The notes: generated by a model from the sequence alone, not told the origin. A stretch of DNA of 64,000 nt from Candidatus Omnitrophota bacterium (GCA_022705945.1 JAKJDL010000007.1:9000-72999); one strand, 5' to 3'; positions 52,927-63,411 are shown, counted from the stretch's first letter. Made by a program: numbers and translations.

Positions 52927-54185
52927 CCAGCCTGCTCCTTTCCGGCTTCCGGTGTATTTTGGGCAAGGCGGGCCTCCAGAGAGATCCTGTGGAGATAAAG
53001 GCCCTCCATTTCCGTGAGTTTCTGAACGTGTTCTTTCGCGGCCCCAAGCGCTTCCCGGGTATAACGAATCACCTGGGAACTTTTGACGAAAGTCGAGGCG
53101 CTCAGCGGCGAAAAATAACGTGCCGTCCCTCCGGTCGGCAGCACATGGCTCGGTCCGGCGATGTAATCGCCGATCACGGCCGGAGAATAAGAGCCGATGA
53201 AGATGGCACCCGCGTTCCGGATGCACTTCCGCACCTTTTCAGGTTCCTCCGTCATAATCTCAAGATGTTCCGCGGCCAGTTCGTTGGCGACGTCGCAGGC
53301 TTCCTGGATCGATTTGACCTGAATGATGATCCCCGTATCGATCCGGCTCCGCATCGTCTCGATCATTTTTTTTGAGTTTGTGATCAAATAACCGATTCCC
53401 CCGTGGTGTTCGGTCTGTGCAAGAAGGTCGCAGGTCACAAAATCAGGATTCGCGGTATGATCCGCGATAATTGCCACCTCGCTCGGTCCGGCAACCATGT
53501 CGATATCGACGAATCCGTAAACCTGGCGTTTGGCCTCGGTCACATAGGCATTCCCGGGTCCCACGATCTTATCGACCTTCGCGATGGTCTTCGTTCCGAA
53601 CGCCATGGCTCCGATCGCCTGGACACCGCCGACACGGTAGATTTCATTGACACCGAGAAGGTTCGAAACGGCAAGAATATGCGGGTCGACGTCCCCCGTA
53701 TCACGCCGGGGCGGCGTGCAAATCACGATTTTTTTCACGCCGGCGACCTTGGCCGGAATCACCGTCATGTAAACCGTCGAAACCAGAGGAGCTGTCCCGG
53801 CCGGGATATAGACGCCGACGCGATCAAGTGCCTCGTATTGCTTTCCGAGACAAACCCCGTTCCTGCCGGAAATTTCGAACGAGCGCTTCAGCTCCCGCTC
53901 ATAGTATTCTCTCACATTTTCCGTGATCTGTTTGAGAAGCGGGACAAAGTGGACCTGGATCTTTTCAAAAGCACGGTTGATATCCCCCTGAGTCACCGTC
54001 AGTCGTTTCAGCGGAAGATCGACCCCGTCAAACTCTCTCGTGTAACGGCGAAGGGCAAGATCACCCGATTGGCGGACTTCGGCAAGGATCCTGTTTACTT
54101 TCTTGAAGACCTTGGGATCAAAATAGGAGGCGTAGTCCCTTCGGAGCTTTTTTTGAGTCTGTTTATCCCAATTCAGGACCTGCAT
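52923..54185 (-). CDS. hisD: Histidinol dehydrogenase
   Basis: 420 aa; QTEHHGG, GPSHVLPT motifs. Confidence 0.9.
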   Translation of the reverse strand: MQVLNWDKQTQKKLRRDYASYFDPKVFKKVNRILAEVRQSGDLALRRYTREFDGVDLPLKRLTVTQGDINRAFEKIQVHFVPLLKQITENVREYYERELKRSFEISGRNGVCLGKQYEALDRVGVYIPAGTAPLVSTVYMTVIPAKVAGVKKIVICTPPRRDTGDVDPHILAVSNLLGVNEIYRVGGVQAIGAMAFGTKTIAKVDKIVGPGNAYVTEAKRQVYGFVDIDMVAGPSEVAIIADHTANPDFVTCDLLAQTEHHGGIGYLITNSKKMIETMRSRIDTGIIIQVKSIQEACDVANELAAEHLEIMTEEPEKVRKCIRNAGAIFIGSYSPAVIGDYIAGPSHVLPTGGTARYFSPLSASTFVKSSQVIRYTREALGAAKEHVQKLTEMEGLYLHRISLEARLAQNTPEAGKEQAG

Positions 54186-54187
54186 AA

Positions 54188-56803
54188 TTAAAAACCCTTT
54201 TCTCGGATATAATCGCCGAGGATCCGCTTCACATCTTCCTGCCTTTGATGAAATTGCCCGAGATCGGGGCCCCCGCCCTGGACAAGATCGGGACGGCCGC
54301 CGCCGCTCAGCTGAAGAATTTCCGATAGCCTACCAAAAAGAACTTTCATATCAAAGGACGATTTCTTGAGATCGGCCGAGATTCCGGCAAGCACGCTCAG
54401 TTTTCCTTCTTGTTTCGACGCGATAATATAAACCAGTTTCTTGCCCGTGCTCCGGAGATCATCGGACAGCCCGCGCAAGGCGCCGATATCCATGTCATCG
54501 AACAGGCGGATAAGAACACCGAAACCGTGAACCTGGTCGGCCGAACCGATAAGTTGCGCGCTGTCCGCCCCCGGATCCGCGTTCTTCGTCCCCTGCCTTT
54601 TTTGTTTCAGGGCTTCCTGGAGTTTTGTGATTCGCATGGGGATATCGGCAACACCGACCTTGAGCATTTTTGAGATCTCGTGAAGCTGGCCCTGAAGGGT
54701 CCGGACATGGCGAAGCGCCTCGAGTCCGGTCACGGCCTCAATCCTTCGAACACCGCTCGCCACCGACGACTCGGCCAGAATCAGAAAAAGACCGATCTCA
54801 CCGGTCCGGGCGCAGTGGGTTCCCCCGCAGAGCTCCTTGCTGAAATCCGAAACGTCAATCATACGTACCGTTTCGCCGTATTTATCGCCGAAAAAAGCGA
54901 GGGCTCCCTCTTTTTTCGCATCCTCGATCTTTTTAACGTGCGTGTGAACGGCAAGATCCCGAAGGACCCGTTCGTTGACGGCAGTCTCAACCGCGTAAAG
55001 CTCGGAGGGAGTCAACGCACGTCCGAATGAAAAATCAAATCGGAGACGATCCGGGGCCACCAAAGAACCGAGCTGGCGTACCGCGCCGCCGAGATATTGC
55101 CTGAGTGCAGCATGGAGAAGATGCGTTGCGGTATGATTCCGCATCGTTGCCGCGCGCACGCCCGCGTCCACTTTCGCCTCGACCGCGGCGCCGTTTTCGA
55201 GGCTGCCGCGAAGGATCTCCCCCCGGTGCAGATAGTATTTGTCAAGTTTCCTGGTATCGAACACCTTGATCGCCGCCTGACCGGATTCAAGCATCCCCTG
55301 ATCGCCGAGCTGCCCGCCGCTTTCCGCGTAAAAAGGCGTCTGATCGAGGATCACGGACACGCGGTTCGCCTCCCGTTGATGCCACAGAACCCGGGCCCGG
55401 GCGGTCAGACTTTCGTATCCGAGAAACCGGGTTCCGGGAATCTCCGCCGGGATCCCGGCCAGATCGGATTTTGCGAATATTTCACCCGCGATCTTACTCG
55501 ACTCCTTCGACCTCACCCTTTGTTCTTCCATCAACCTCTCAAAACCGTCGCGGTCGATCGAAAAGTTTTTCTGCTCCGCGATCATGCGCGTCAGCTCTTC
55601 GGGGAATCCGTAAGTGTCATAAAGCTCGAAGACCGAGTCCGCGGAAAGAACGGTTTTGCCGCTTTCCTTGTGCGACGCAATCGTTTCCTCCAGAATCTTC
55701 AGACCTCCCGCAAGCGTTTTCAGGAAACGTTCTTCTTCCTGCCTGAGAACGGTGCGGACATTTTCTTCCGAATCGCGAAGCTCCGGATAGGCGGAGCCCA
55801 TAGCCGCCAGCACACCGGTCATGGCCAGGTGCAGGAACGGTTTTTTTATGTCCGGCTTCAGCTGATGCGCCTGCCACACAGCACGGCGAATAAGCTTCCG
55901 GACGACATAGCCGCGCCCCTCGTTGGACGGCACCACACCGTCCGAAATGCAGAACACAACGGCCCGCAGGTGATCGGCAATACAGTAAAGCGGCCCGCTC
56001 GCGGCGTCCTCCCGGGTCACGGAGAGAGCCTTGAGGATGGCCTCGTGGATCGGCTGAAAGAGATCGGTTTCAAAGTTGGACGATTTACCCTGCAAAACAC
56101 AGGCCAGACGCTCGAGACCCATGCCGGTATCGATGTTCTTCGCCGCAAGGGGTTCCAGTGTCCCGCCGTCCTTGCGGTCAAATTGGGTGAAGACAAGATT
56201 CCATATCTCCGCGAACTTTCCGGAATCATCGACGGGAGTTCCCTCCGTCCGGGGATTCTGGTCATAATAGATCTCGGAACACGGGCCGCAGGGGCCGTTC
56301 GGCCCGTCTTGGGGGGCATTGGCGGGCCAGAAGTTGGATTTGTCGCCGCATCGGTAGATCCAGCTTTCGGGGAGGCCTATGGTTTTATGCCAGACATCAA
56401 ATGCCTCCCTGTCCCCCTCATGGACCGTGACTCGCAGACGATCTTTCGGGATCTCAAGCACGCGGGTGAGAAACTCCCACGCCCATTCGATAGCTTCCTT
56501 TTTAAAATAATCGCCGAACGAAAAATTGCCCAGCATTTCAAAAAAAGAATGGTGGTAAGGAGTCCTGCCGACCTCATCAAGATCGCCCGTCCGGAGACAT
56601 TTCTGGCTCGATACGGCCCTTTTAAGGTCCTTCTTGACCCCAAGAAAGTATTCCTTGAACTGATTCATCCCCGCCCCGGTAAAAAGAAGGGACGGGTCAT
56701 TCAAAGGCACAAGGGAGTCGCTCGCGACCACCTTGTGAAGCTTGGATTCAAAAAAATCCAGATAGGCCTTGCGTAATTGATCTGCAGAAAAACCGGTCTT
56801 CAT
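54188..56803 (-). CDS. alaS: Alanine-tRNA ligase
   Basis: 871 aa; class II motifs, HxxxH editing-domain motif (HTATHLLH), C-terminal DHHA1 domain. Confidence 0.9.
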   Translation of the reverse strand: MKTGFSADQLRKAYLDFFESKLHKVVASDSLVPLNDPSLLFTGAGMNQFKEYFLGVKKDLKRAVSSQKCLRTGDLDEVGRTPYHHSFFEMLGNFSFGDYFKKEAIEWAWEFLTRVLEIPKDRLRVTVHEGDREAFDVWHKTIGLPESWIYRCGDKSNFWPANAPQDGPNGPCGPCSEIYYDQNPRTEGTPVDDSGKFAEIWNLVFTQFDRKDGGTLEPLAAKNIDTGMGLERLACVLQGKSSNFETDLFQPIHEAILKALSVTREDAASGPLYCIADHLRAVVFCISDGVVPSNEGRGYVVRKLIRRAVWQAHQLKPDIKKPFLHLAMTGVLAAMGSAYPELRDSEENVRTVLRQEEERFLKTLAGGLKILEETIASHKESGKTVLSADSVFELYDTYGFPEELTRMIAEQKNFSIDRDGFERLMEEQRVRSKESSKIAGEIFAKSDLAGIPAEIPGTRFLGYESLTARARVLWHQREANRVSVILDQTPFYAESGGQLGDQGMLESGQAAIKVFDTRKLDKYYLHRGEILRGSLENGAAVEAKVDAGVRAATMRNHTATHLLHAALRQYLGGAVRQLGSLVAPDRLRFDFSFGRALTPSELYAVETAVNERVLRDLAVHTHVKKIEDAKKEGALAFFGDKYGETVRMIDVSDFSKELCGGTHCARTGEIGLFLILAESSVASGVRRIEAVTGLEALRHVRTLQGQLHEISKMLKVGVADIPMRITKLQEALKQKRQGTKNADPGADSAQLIGSADQVHGFGVLIRLFDDMDIGALRGLSDDLRSTGKKLVYIIASKQEGKLSVLAGISADLKKSSFDMKVLFGRLSEILQLSGGGRPDLVQGGGPDLGQFHQRQEDVKRILGDYIREKGF

Positions 56804-57303
56804 AGGCTGGAATCGGTTCCGTCCGGGATGTCTTTGGCAACCTGATCCAAAACATCATGAACGATCTGAAAGTCGTATCCTTTCCTGATTAAATAATCAA
56901 AAATTTTTTTCTTCCGCTTCAGCGGCTCCAATTTTGAAAGGCCCGGCCATTTCATCCGGGCCAATTCCAGCGCCCGCTCCCTCTCCCCGTCCTCAGTCAG
57001 TGAATCGATAATCTCATTCCTGACCGGCCCGGGAACACCGTGCCGTTTAAGTTCGAAAGCGATCTTGTGGCGACCGGAAGACTTCCCGTGGATCAGTTGA
57101 TTGGCCAGGTTCCTTGCGTAAGCTTTGTCGTCGAGAATGCCTTGCGCGACCAACTCGTCCAAGGCGAAACGGACCGCGTCTGCGGGATATCCCCCGGCTT
57201 CGATCCTGGCCTTGAGTTCGCGAAGGCTTTTCGGACTCGCGGCAAGCAGACGTAACGCGGTGATCAGTGCCTGCTTGGACGGCTCATCCGGAGGCTCACG
57301 CAT
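56800..57303 (-). CDS. recX: RecA regulator RecX
   Basis: Three-fold helical repeat pattern (ALRLLAASPKSLRELKARI... IAFELKRHGV... KIFDYLIRKGYDF); start at the ATG at 57303, 10 nt after the recA stop. Confidence 0.75.
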   Translation of the reverse strand: MREPPDEPSKQALITALRLLAASPKSLRELKARIEAGGYPADAVRFALDELVAQGILDDKAYARNLANQLIHGKSSGRHKIAFELKRHGVPGPVRNEIIDSLTEDGERERALELARMKWPGLSKLEPLKRKKKIFDYLIRKGYDFQIVHDVLDQVAKDIPDGTDSSL

Positions 57304-57313
57304 GACCGCGCGG

Positions 57314-58378
57314 TCAGTCCGCCGCGCCGACGGCCGCCTTTTCTCCCGAGGCCACCTTCTCCAGGATCTTCGCTTCGATCTCCTCAAGGAGCTTCGGGTT
57401 TTCTTTCAGGAAAATACGCGCCGCGTCCTTGCCCTGACCGATCTTTTGATCGCGGTAGGCAAGCCAAGCTCCGGATTTCTCGATCACACCGTATTGGGTG
57501 CCGAGCTCCACAATGTTGGACGAACGGGAAATCCCTTCCGAGAAAAGAATATCAAATTCCGCCTGCCGAAAAGGCGCGGCCACCTTGTTTTTCACGATCT
57601 TGACGCGGACACGGTTCCCGACAATCTCGTCGCCTTTCTTGAGGCTTGCGATTCTCCGGATATCGATGCGCATCGACGCGTAAAATTTGAGGGCTTTGCC
57701 GCCCGGCGTGGTTTCGGGGTTGCCGAACATGACCCCGATCTTCTCGCGAAGCTGATTGATAAAAATGATGCAGGTCTTCGACTTGTTGATAATCGCCGTA
57801 AGCTTCCGCATCGCCTGAGACATTAAACGGGCCTGGAGCCCCATCTGGGACTGCCCCATTTCCCCTTCGATCTCGGCTTTGGGAACAAGGGCCGCGACCG
57901 AATCGACGATAATGAGATCAACCGCGTTGGAGCGGACGAGCATTTCGGCGATCTGCAGGGCCTGCTCCCCGGAGTCGGGCTGGGAAATCAAAAGATCATC
58001 CACTTTCACCCCGATCTTCTGGGCGTAAATCGGGTCGAGAGCGTGTTCCGCGTCAATGAACGCCGCGACGCCGCCCTGCGCCTGGATACGGGCAATAATA
58101 TTCAGCGTGAGAGTCGTTTTACCGCTGGACTCGGGCCCGTAGATTTCCACAATTCGGCCCCTCGGAATTCCTCCGATCCCCGTCGCGATATCAAGGCTTA
58201 GCGCCCCCGTCGGAATCGGCACGACATTTTCGTGGCGGGAATCACCGAGTTTCATAATCGAGCCCTTTCCGAACTGTTTTTCGATCTGGGACAAGGCAAG
58301 CTCAAGCGCTTTTTGCTTGTCCGAGATTTTCTTGGGCTCCGGAGACGATTTCTCTGATTTCTTTCGATCTGCTGACAT
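57314..58378 (-). CDS. recA: Recombinase RecA
   Basis: 354 aa; Walker [25 protein letters not shown]1/L2 loops. Confidence 0.95.
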   Translation of the reverse strand: MSADRKKSEKSSPEPKKISDKQKALELALSQIEKQFGKGSIMKLGDSRHENVVPIPTGALSLDIATGIGGIPRGRIVEIYGPESSGKTTLTLNIIARIQAQGGVAAFIDAEHALDPIYAQKIGVKVDDLLISQPDSGEQALQIAEMLVRSNAVDLIIVDSVAALVPKAEIEGEMGQSQMGLQARLMSQAMRKLTAIINKSKTCIIFINQLREKIGVMFGNPETTPGGKALKFYASMRIDIRRIASLKKGDEIVGNRVRVKIVKNKVAAPFRQAEFDILFSEGISRSSNIVELGTQYGVIEKSGAWLAYRDQKIGQGKDAARIFLKENPKLLEEIEAKILEKVASGEKAAVGAAD

Positions 58379-58488
58379 AGCGACTCTCCTTTAATGAGGT
58401 CTGGGAAATGAAAATTCTATCGGCCCGTTACCGTTCTGTAAAGGACAAAACCCTGATCCGCCCAGACAAGTTGTCATTTTCATATAAA

Positions 58489-58520
58489 TAATATTATATA
58501 TTAGTTATATTAAATGTCAA
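58489..58520 (-). promoter_or_regulatory. Near-consensus sigma-70 promoter TTGACA-16-TATAAT for recA in an AT-rich island
   Basis: -35 is the RC of 58515-58520 and -10 is the RC of 58493-58498; a GACAAGTTGTC palindrome follows at 58465-58475. Confidence 0.55.
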
Positions 58521-58574
58521 AATCAGGCTTTTTGACGATAATCGGAGGCTGTTTCACGGATATCGGCAGCCCCC

Positions 58575-58611
58575 AAGTTTAAAAACAGAAAAGCGGCTCA
58601 TGAAACCGCTT
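58575..58611 (-). terminator. Rho-independent terminator after plsY
   Basis: Minus-strand AAGCGG-TTTCATGAG-CCGCTT followed by TTCTGTTTTTAAAC. Confidence 0.6.
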
Positions 58612-58634
58612 TCGCCCGAACGAGAAACGGCCGG

Positions 58635-59237
58635 TTAAAAAAGCCTCTTTTCGTTTCCCCGGAGAAGCCTCTGAATATTGCTTCGGTGGGTATAAAAAAT
58701 GAAAGCGGCTAAAAACAGGCTGATCGGGAGCAGCCATTTGAGGTCCGATGAACCCAGGTAAGCGCATGTGATTATAACCGGAAATGCCAGGGCCGCCGCC
58801 AGCGAAGAAAGCGAAATGATATGCGTCACTAAAAAAACAAGAACCCACAGCCCGAAAGCGATCAGGGTCGGCTGCCAGCAAATAGCCAGAAAAACCCCGA
58901 GGGAGGTAGCCACTCCCTTCCCCCCTTTAAACCTGAGCCACACCGGAAACGTATGTCCGACTATGGCGAAAACTCCGAGCAAAAGCTTCATCGGAACCGA
59001 AAGCATTTGTTCGCCCGCCAAAACCGGAAAAAGGCAGGCCCCCGCACCTTTGAAAGCATCCAAAGCAAAAACAAGTATCCCCCATTTCTTGCCGACGGTC
59101 CGGAATACATTCGTCGCACCGATATTTTTACTGCCGTGTTCACGAATATCGATCCCCTTGGCCCACCAGCCTGTCAGAAGGCCAAACGGAATCGAACCCA
59201 GCCCGTAAGCCACAACAATATATAAAACCGTTTTCAT
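58635..59237 (-). CDS. plsY: Glycerol-3-phosphate acyltransferase PlsY
   Basis: GSGNIGATN-like motif HGSKNIGATNVFRTVGKKWG, multiple TM segments; internal start at 59237 overlaps the pgsA stop (ATGA). Confidence 0.85.
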   Translation of the reverse strand: MKTVLYIVVAYGLGSIPFGLLTGWWAKGIDIREHGSKNIGATNVFRTVGKKWGILVFALDAFKGAGACLFPVLAGEQMLSVPMKLLLGVFAIVGHTFPVWLRFKGGKGVATSLGVFLAICWQPTLIAFGLWVLVFLVTHIISLSSLAAALAFPVIITCAYLGSSDLKWLLPISLFLAAFIFYTHRSNIQRLLRGNEKRLF

Positions 59238-59770
59238 GGGATGCGCTTGAGTCCTTTCATCACATAAACAATCCCTGACAGGATCGTGACGAACCCGGTC
59301 AGGTAGGCCAGGGGAACGGATGCCCGCCACTCAAAAAGGATAAACGCCAGCAAAACCATCTGGAATGTTGTGGTAAGTTTTCCGAGCAGGTTGGGCTGGG
59401 GGTCAACCGGGACGTGCAGCATATGAAGCGTAAAAAAACCGACCGTAAGAACGAGATCCCTGAAAATAATCGTGATTGTAACCCAGAGCGGCGGGTGATA
59501 AAGAAGCGGCTCTGCGAACAGAAGCCCTATATATCCGCCCAGCAAAAGCAGTTTGTCGGCAACGGGATCCAGAATTTGTCCGAGGTGGGTTTTTTGATTC
59601 AACACGCGCGCGAGGATACCGTCCAGGGCATCCGTTAAAGCCGCGATGATGAAAATGACAAGGGCCCAAACGCGAAGATGTTCCTTGCCCGGACCGTAGG
59701 AGATCAGAACCGTCACAAAAACCGGCGTCAGGATGATGCGGAAGAGCGTCAGGTAATTCGGAATACTCAA
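59234..59770 (-). CDS. pgsA: CDP-diacylglycerol--glycerol-3-phosphate 3-phosphatidyltransferase
   Basis: 178 aa; CDP-alcohol phosphotransferase motif DALDGILAR...G...DPVADK. Confidence 0.85.
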   Translation of the reverse strand: MSIPNYLTLFRIILTPVFVTVLISYGPGKEHLRVWALVIFIIAALTDALDGILARVLNQKTHLGQILDPVADKLLLLGGYIGLLFAEPLLYHPPLWVTITIIFRDLVLTVGFFTLHMLHVPVDPQPNLLGKLTTTFQMVLLAFILFEWRASVPLAYLTGFVTILSGIVYVMKGLKRIP

Positions 59771-62700
59771 GAAGCGACGGTGTCCATGGCAGTCCTCGTT
59801 TCCGGATTTTCAAGCTCCGCCGCAACGGCCGGATGCAAATCCTCGCCCGGCAGCGACTCATCTCCGGAACGGACTTTGACAGAAACGATCTTGGATATAC
59901 CGGGTTCCTCCATGGTCACACCATAGAGGGCGTCCCCCATCGCGATCGTCTTTCGGTTGTGTGTGATGATCAGGAACTGGGTGGTCTGGATAAAAGAGCG
60001 GAGTACCGCCAGAAACCGGTCAATATTGGCCTCATCAAGAGGCGCGTCCACTTCGTCCAGAAGACAGAACGGCGAAGGACGGATCTTGAAAAGCGCGAAC
60101 AGGAGCGCGACCGCCGTCAGGGCTTTTTCACCCCCGGAAAGGAGCGACATATTCTGAAGCTTTTTTCCGGGAGGGCGGACCACAATATCAATCCCTGAGT
60201 CGAGAGGATGCTCTTCGTCGATCAAGACAAGCCTGGCTTCCCCGCCGCGGAAAAGAGTCTGATAGTATTCCCGGAAAGTGATCTGAACCTGGGCGAAGGT
60301 ATCTTCAAAAAGCTGCTTGGTGGTCCGGTTGATCTTGCGAATCGCTTCCATCAAACTGTCCCGGGCATCTTCCAGATCCTTTTGCTGGGAGTTCAGAAAA
60401 TCGTAACGCTGTTTTAATTCCTGATATTCCTCGATCGCAAGCAGGTTCACGGTACCGAGAGAATCGACCTTGGTCTGAAGCTGAGAGATTTCCTCATCCG
60501 CATTCTGAAGATCTTCGGGCATGAACGGATAAGCGCTTGCATCAATCTCGGAGAGATTCAAGCGGTAACGCTGAAGCAGACGCTCCTCCGCCGTTTTCAT
60601 CTGATAATCAAGGTCCATGCGCTGCATACTGATATGATGCTCGGAGTCCTGGATCTGCTTCTGTTCGGCGAGCGCGGCATCAACACATTGGCGGCGCTCG
60701 GCAAGATAGCCTTCTTTTTCCGACCGCTCTTTTCGCAAAAGTCCGAGGTCCAACTCAACCGAAGATAACTGCTGATGGTATTCTTGAGCCAGAACGGCGC
60801 ACTGGTTCTCATCCCGGGCCAGCTCCGACTCCTTGTTTGCGAAACGAACGAGACCTTCATCAAGAAAAACAAGCCTGTCGTTGTCCTTGACGATATGCTG
60901 ATCGATCATCCGCGACGAATCGCGAAGATGTTCGATGCCCTGCTGATACTGTTCGGTTTGCGCGTGCGCCTGCTGGACTTCAAGCAACGCTCCTTCACGT
61001 TCCCCGGCCAGCTTTTGGAGCTCGGACTCCTTTTGCCCTTGGAGATCACGAAGCCGCAATTCCTCGGCCTCCCGCTGACGGAGATCGGACTCAAGCAGAA
61101 GCTCCTTACCGCCCGCCTCCTGACCTTCACGGATCATTTCATTCAGTTCGGTGCGGGTCAGGTCCATCTCGGTCTGAAAAGCGCCGAGGCGCTCCTCGAT
61201 GTTCCGCTTTTCCGTTTCAAAGGTTTCCCGTTCAATCATCAGCGCCGTTTTTTGCGCCCGGAGAGTCTCGGCCTCCGCAAGAAATATCCTCTGCTCGGCG
61301 GCAATGGTCTCAAGAACGCCCTCAGCGGACAAAAGATCGCCCTGAAGCTGCTCGAGTTCCTGACGGATCCGGGCCACTTCCCCGCTCCGGGAAAACACGA
61401 ATTCAGTCCGGTTGGTATTGTTCCAGAAAAATATTTTTTTATCCGGCGTCAAAAGGAATCCGTCCTGCGAGATCAGAAACGAGCGGGTATCATCCGAAAG
61501 AAAGCTTTCAAGACGGTCGAGCGGAAATTCTGCCGTAACATAGATGTTGCCGAGGATTCCCGCGATCATATCGCCCCAGCCTTCCTGAACCGTTACCGAT
61601 GCCATAAGGGGCACAAAACCGGCTTCGCGATAGAAAAACTCCCGCTCCGGCGCAACCGTGCTTCGGTTTAACTGACCCGGAAGAAGAATACCCGTCGTAA
61701 AGGCGCGCCGAATCTTTAGTTTTTCAGCAAGTTCCCTTGCGGCAACGATATCCCGGACGATCACGGAACGGACAAAATGCCCGAGCGCAATGTCAAGAGC
61801 CCATTCCTTGCCCTCTTCGATCCGGAGAACCGTTTTAAGATCACGGAGCAATCCCTGATGCGCGGGATCACACTCCTCCAGAAAGGATAAAAAAGAGCTT
61901 TCCTGATGCTCATCAACCTCCGTGAGCACCCGAAGCCTGGACTCCTTTTCCTTCATGGAAAGACGAAGCTGCTGAATCCGGTCCTCCTGAGCCGTCCGGC
62001 TCCGGGATTGTTCGCTGACGCGAACATCCACAGTCGCCAGCCTTTGCTCGACCCCGTCAAACTCATTCACCTTCACTTCGATCGAAGCCAGTATCTCTTT
62101 GCGCCTCTGATCCCAGGATGCGATTTCAGAAGCTACGCGCGACGTTTCTGTTTCTTCCCGTTCCCTCTGCTGCTCAAGATTTTCGCGAAGGACCTTGTAG
62201 TGCTGATATTCATTACGAACACGCGTGGTGGCCTGAGCCGCCTCGAAAAACAACTGACGGATCTGATCCAGCTCATTTTTGACCGCCTCGATCGAAGCCT
62301 CCCGCTGAAGGAGGGCCTCCCGGGCTTGGGTCAACCGCGACTGGCATTGCGAAAGTTCATCCTGTTGATTTTTTAGCAGCCCCTCAAGCTCGGATTTTTT
62401 TTGACCCGCCGCTTCGATCGACTGGCGGAGTTGATCCTGTTCCTGAAGGACCTGCCCGCGCTGCTGTGCCAGTTCGATTTTTTTATCGTTCAGAAACTGC
62501 TTTTTTTGCTCATTTGTTTCGATCCGCGAAAGAACGTTGTAGCGGTCTGATTCTTTTTGTTGAAAACGTTCAGCCACGGCGCGCAGTTCATTTTCCTGCC
62601 GCTCAAGAGCGGCCCTCGTCTCAACGAGCTGGGCATCAAGTCGCGCCAGCGCTTCCCGATTCGCACTGATCTTCATGTCCAGCTCGGCCTTCTGCGTCTC

Positions 62701-63411
62701 TATCTGCCCGCGCGTAAAAAAAGCCCGCTTGATCTCAAGGGATTTAAGACGTTCCAACTCAATCTTGTATTTTTCAGCACGCTTCGCCTGACGCTCCGCA
62801 TACTGGATATTTTTCTGGACCTCAAAAACAATGTCATTCAGACGCTTCAGGTTCTCTTCGGTCCTCTCCAGCTTCCGAATCGACTCGTCTTTTTTGGTCT
62901 TGTATTTGGCTATCCCGGCCGCCTCTTCGATAAGAAACCGGCGTTCTTCAGGGTCGGCCTTGAGGATATAATCGATTCGCCCCTGCTCGATCATGGAATA
63001 CGACGAAGAACCGATACCGGTGTCAAGAATGAGATCCTGGATATCCTTCAAACGGCAGACGGTCTTATTGAGGAGATATTCGCTCTCGCCGGTGCGGTAG
63101 AGACGGCGGGCGATCGTAACTTCACTATATTCGATCGGCAGACCGCGATCCGAATTGTCGATCGTAAGCGATACCTCGGCAAAGGCAAGGGGTTTGCGGA
63201 CCTCGGTTCCGTTGAAGATGACATCTTCCATCGAGGAACCGCGAAGCAGTTTGGCGCTTCGTTCGCCGAGAACCCACCGGATGGAATCTGATACGTTGCT
63301 TTTACCGCAACCGTTGGGGCCGACAATACAGGTAATCCCTTTGTCGAAGAAAATCTCGGTTTTATCGGCAAAGGATTTGAAACCGACAAGTTCCAGCTTT
63401 TTAAGACGCAT
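59767..63411 (-). CDS. smc: Chromosome partition protein SMC
   Basis: 1214 aa; N-terminal Walker A GPNGCGKSN, long coiled coils, central hinge, C-terminal LSGGEK signature and Walker B LLDEVDAPLD. Confidence 0.9.
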   Translation of the reverse strand: MRLKKLELVGFKSFADKTEIFFDKGITCIVGPNGCGKSNVSDSIRWVLGERSAKLLRGSSMEDVIFNGTEVRKPLAFAEVSLTIDNSDRGLPIEYSEVTIARRLYRTGESEYLLNKTVCRLKDIQDLILDTGIGSSSYSMIEQGRIDYILKADPEERRFLIEEAAGIAKYKTKKDESIRKLERTEENLKRLNDIVFEVQKNIQYAERQAKRAEKYKIELERLKSLEIKRAFFTRGQIETQKAELDMKISANREALARLDAQLVETRAALERQENELRAVAERFQQKESDRYNVLSRIETNEQKKQFLNDKKIELAQQRGQVLQEQDQLRQSIEAAGQKKSELEGLLKNQQDELSQCQSRLTQAREALLQREASIEAVKNELDQIRQLFFEAAQATTRVRNEYQHYKVLRENLEQQREREETETSRVASEIASWDQRRKEILASIEVKVNEFDGVEQRLATVDVRVSEQSRSRTAQEDRIQQLRLSMKEKESRLRVLTEVDEHQESSFLSFLEECDPAHQGLLRDLKTVLRIEEGKEWALDIALGHFVRSVIVRDIVAARELAEKLKIRRAFTTGILLPGQLNRSTVAPEREFFYREAGFVPLMASVTVQEGWGDMIAGILGNIYVTAEFPLDRLESFLSDDTRSFLISQDGFLLTPDKKIFFWNNTNRTEFVFSRSGEVARIRQELEQLQGDLLSAEGVLETIAAEQRIFLAEAETLRAQKTALMIERETFETEKRNIEERLGAFQTEMDLTRTELNEMIREGQEAGGKELLLESDLRQREAEELRLRDLQGQKESELQKLAGEREGALLEVQQAHAQTEQYQQGIEHLRDSSRMIDQHIVKDNDRLVFLDEGLVRFANKESELARDENQCAVLAQEYHQQLSSVELDLGLLRKERSEKEGYLAERRQCVDAALAEQKQIQDSEHHISMQRMDLDYQMKTAEERLLQRYRLNLSEIDASAYPFMPEDLQNADEEISQLQTKVDSLGTVNLLAIEEYQELKQRYDFLNSQQKDLEDARDSLMEAIRKINRTTKQLFEDTFAQVQITFREYYQTLFRGGEARLVLIDEEHPLDSGIDIVVRPPGKKLQNMSLLSGGEKALTAVALLFALFKIRPSPFCLLDEVDAPLDEANIDRFLAVLRSFIQTTQFLIITHNRKTIAMGDALYGVTMEEPGISKIVSVKVRSGDESLPGEDLHPAVAAELENPETRTAMDTVAS

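Noticed and set aside
51660-53226. N-terminal extensions of the ORFs as given: hisH as 344 aa, hisB as 298 aa, and similarly trpD 393 aa, mreB 400 aa, recX 195 aa, plsY 231 aa, rodA 389 aa
   Set aside because: The extensions overlap the upstream gene out of frame and have Arg/Pro-rich composition with no homology. In every case an internal ATG coincides with the upstream stop or a short gap, and I used those starts.
58488-58515. dif-like site (ATAATATTATA-TATTAG-TTATATTAAAT) in the AT-rich island upstream of recA. The right arm matches the XerD-arm consensus TTATGTTAAAT at 10 of 11 positions.
   Set aside because: The left arm does not end in the conserved ATAA, and the arms are not convincingly palindromic. 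The same nucleotides form a near-perfect sigma-70 -35/spacer/-10, which explains the AT-richness more simply. The site is also 19 kb from the xer gene. I kept it as promoter only.
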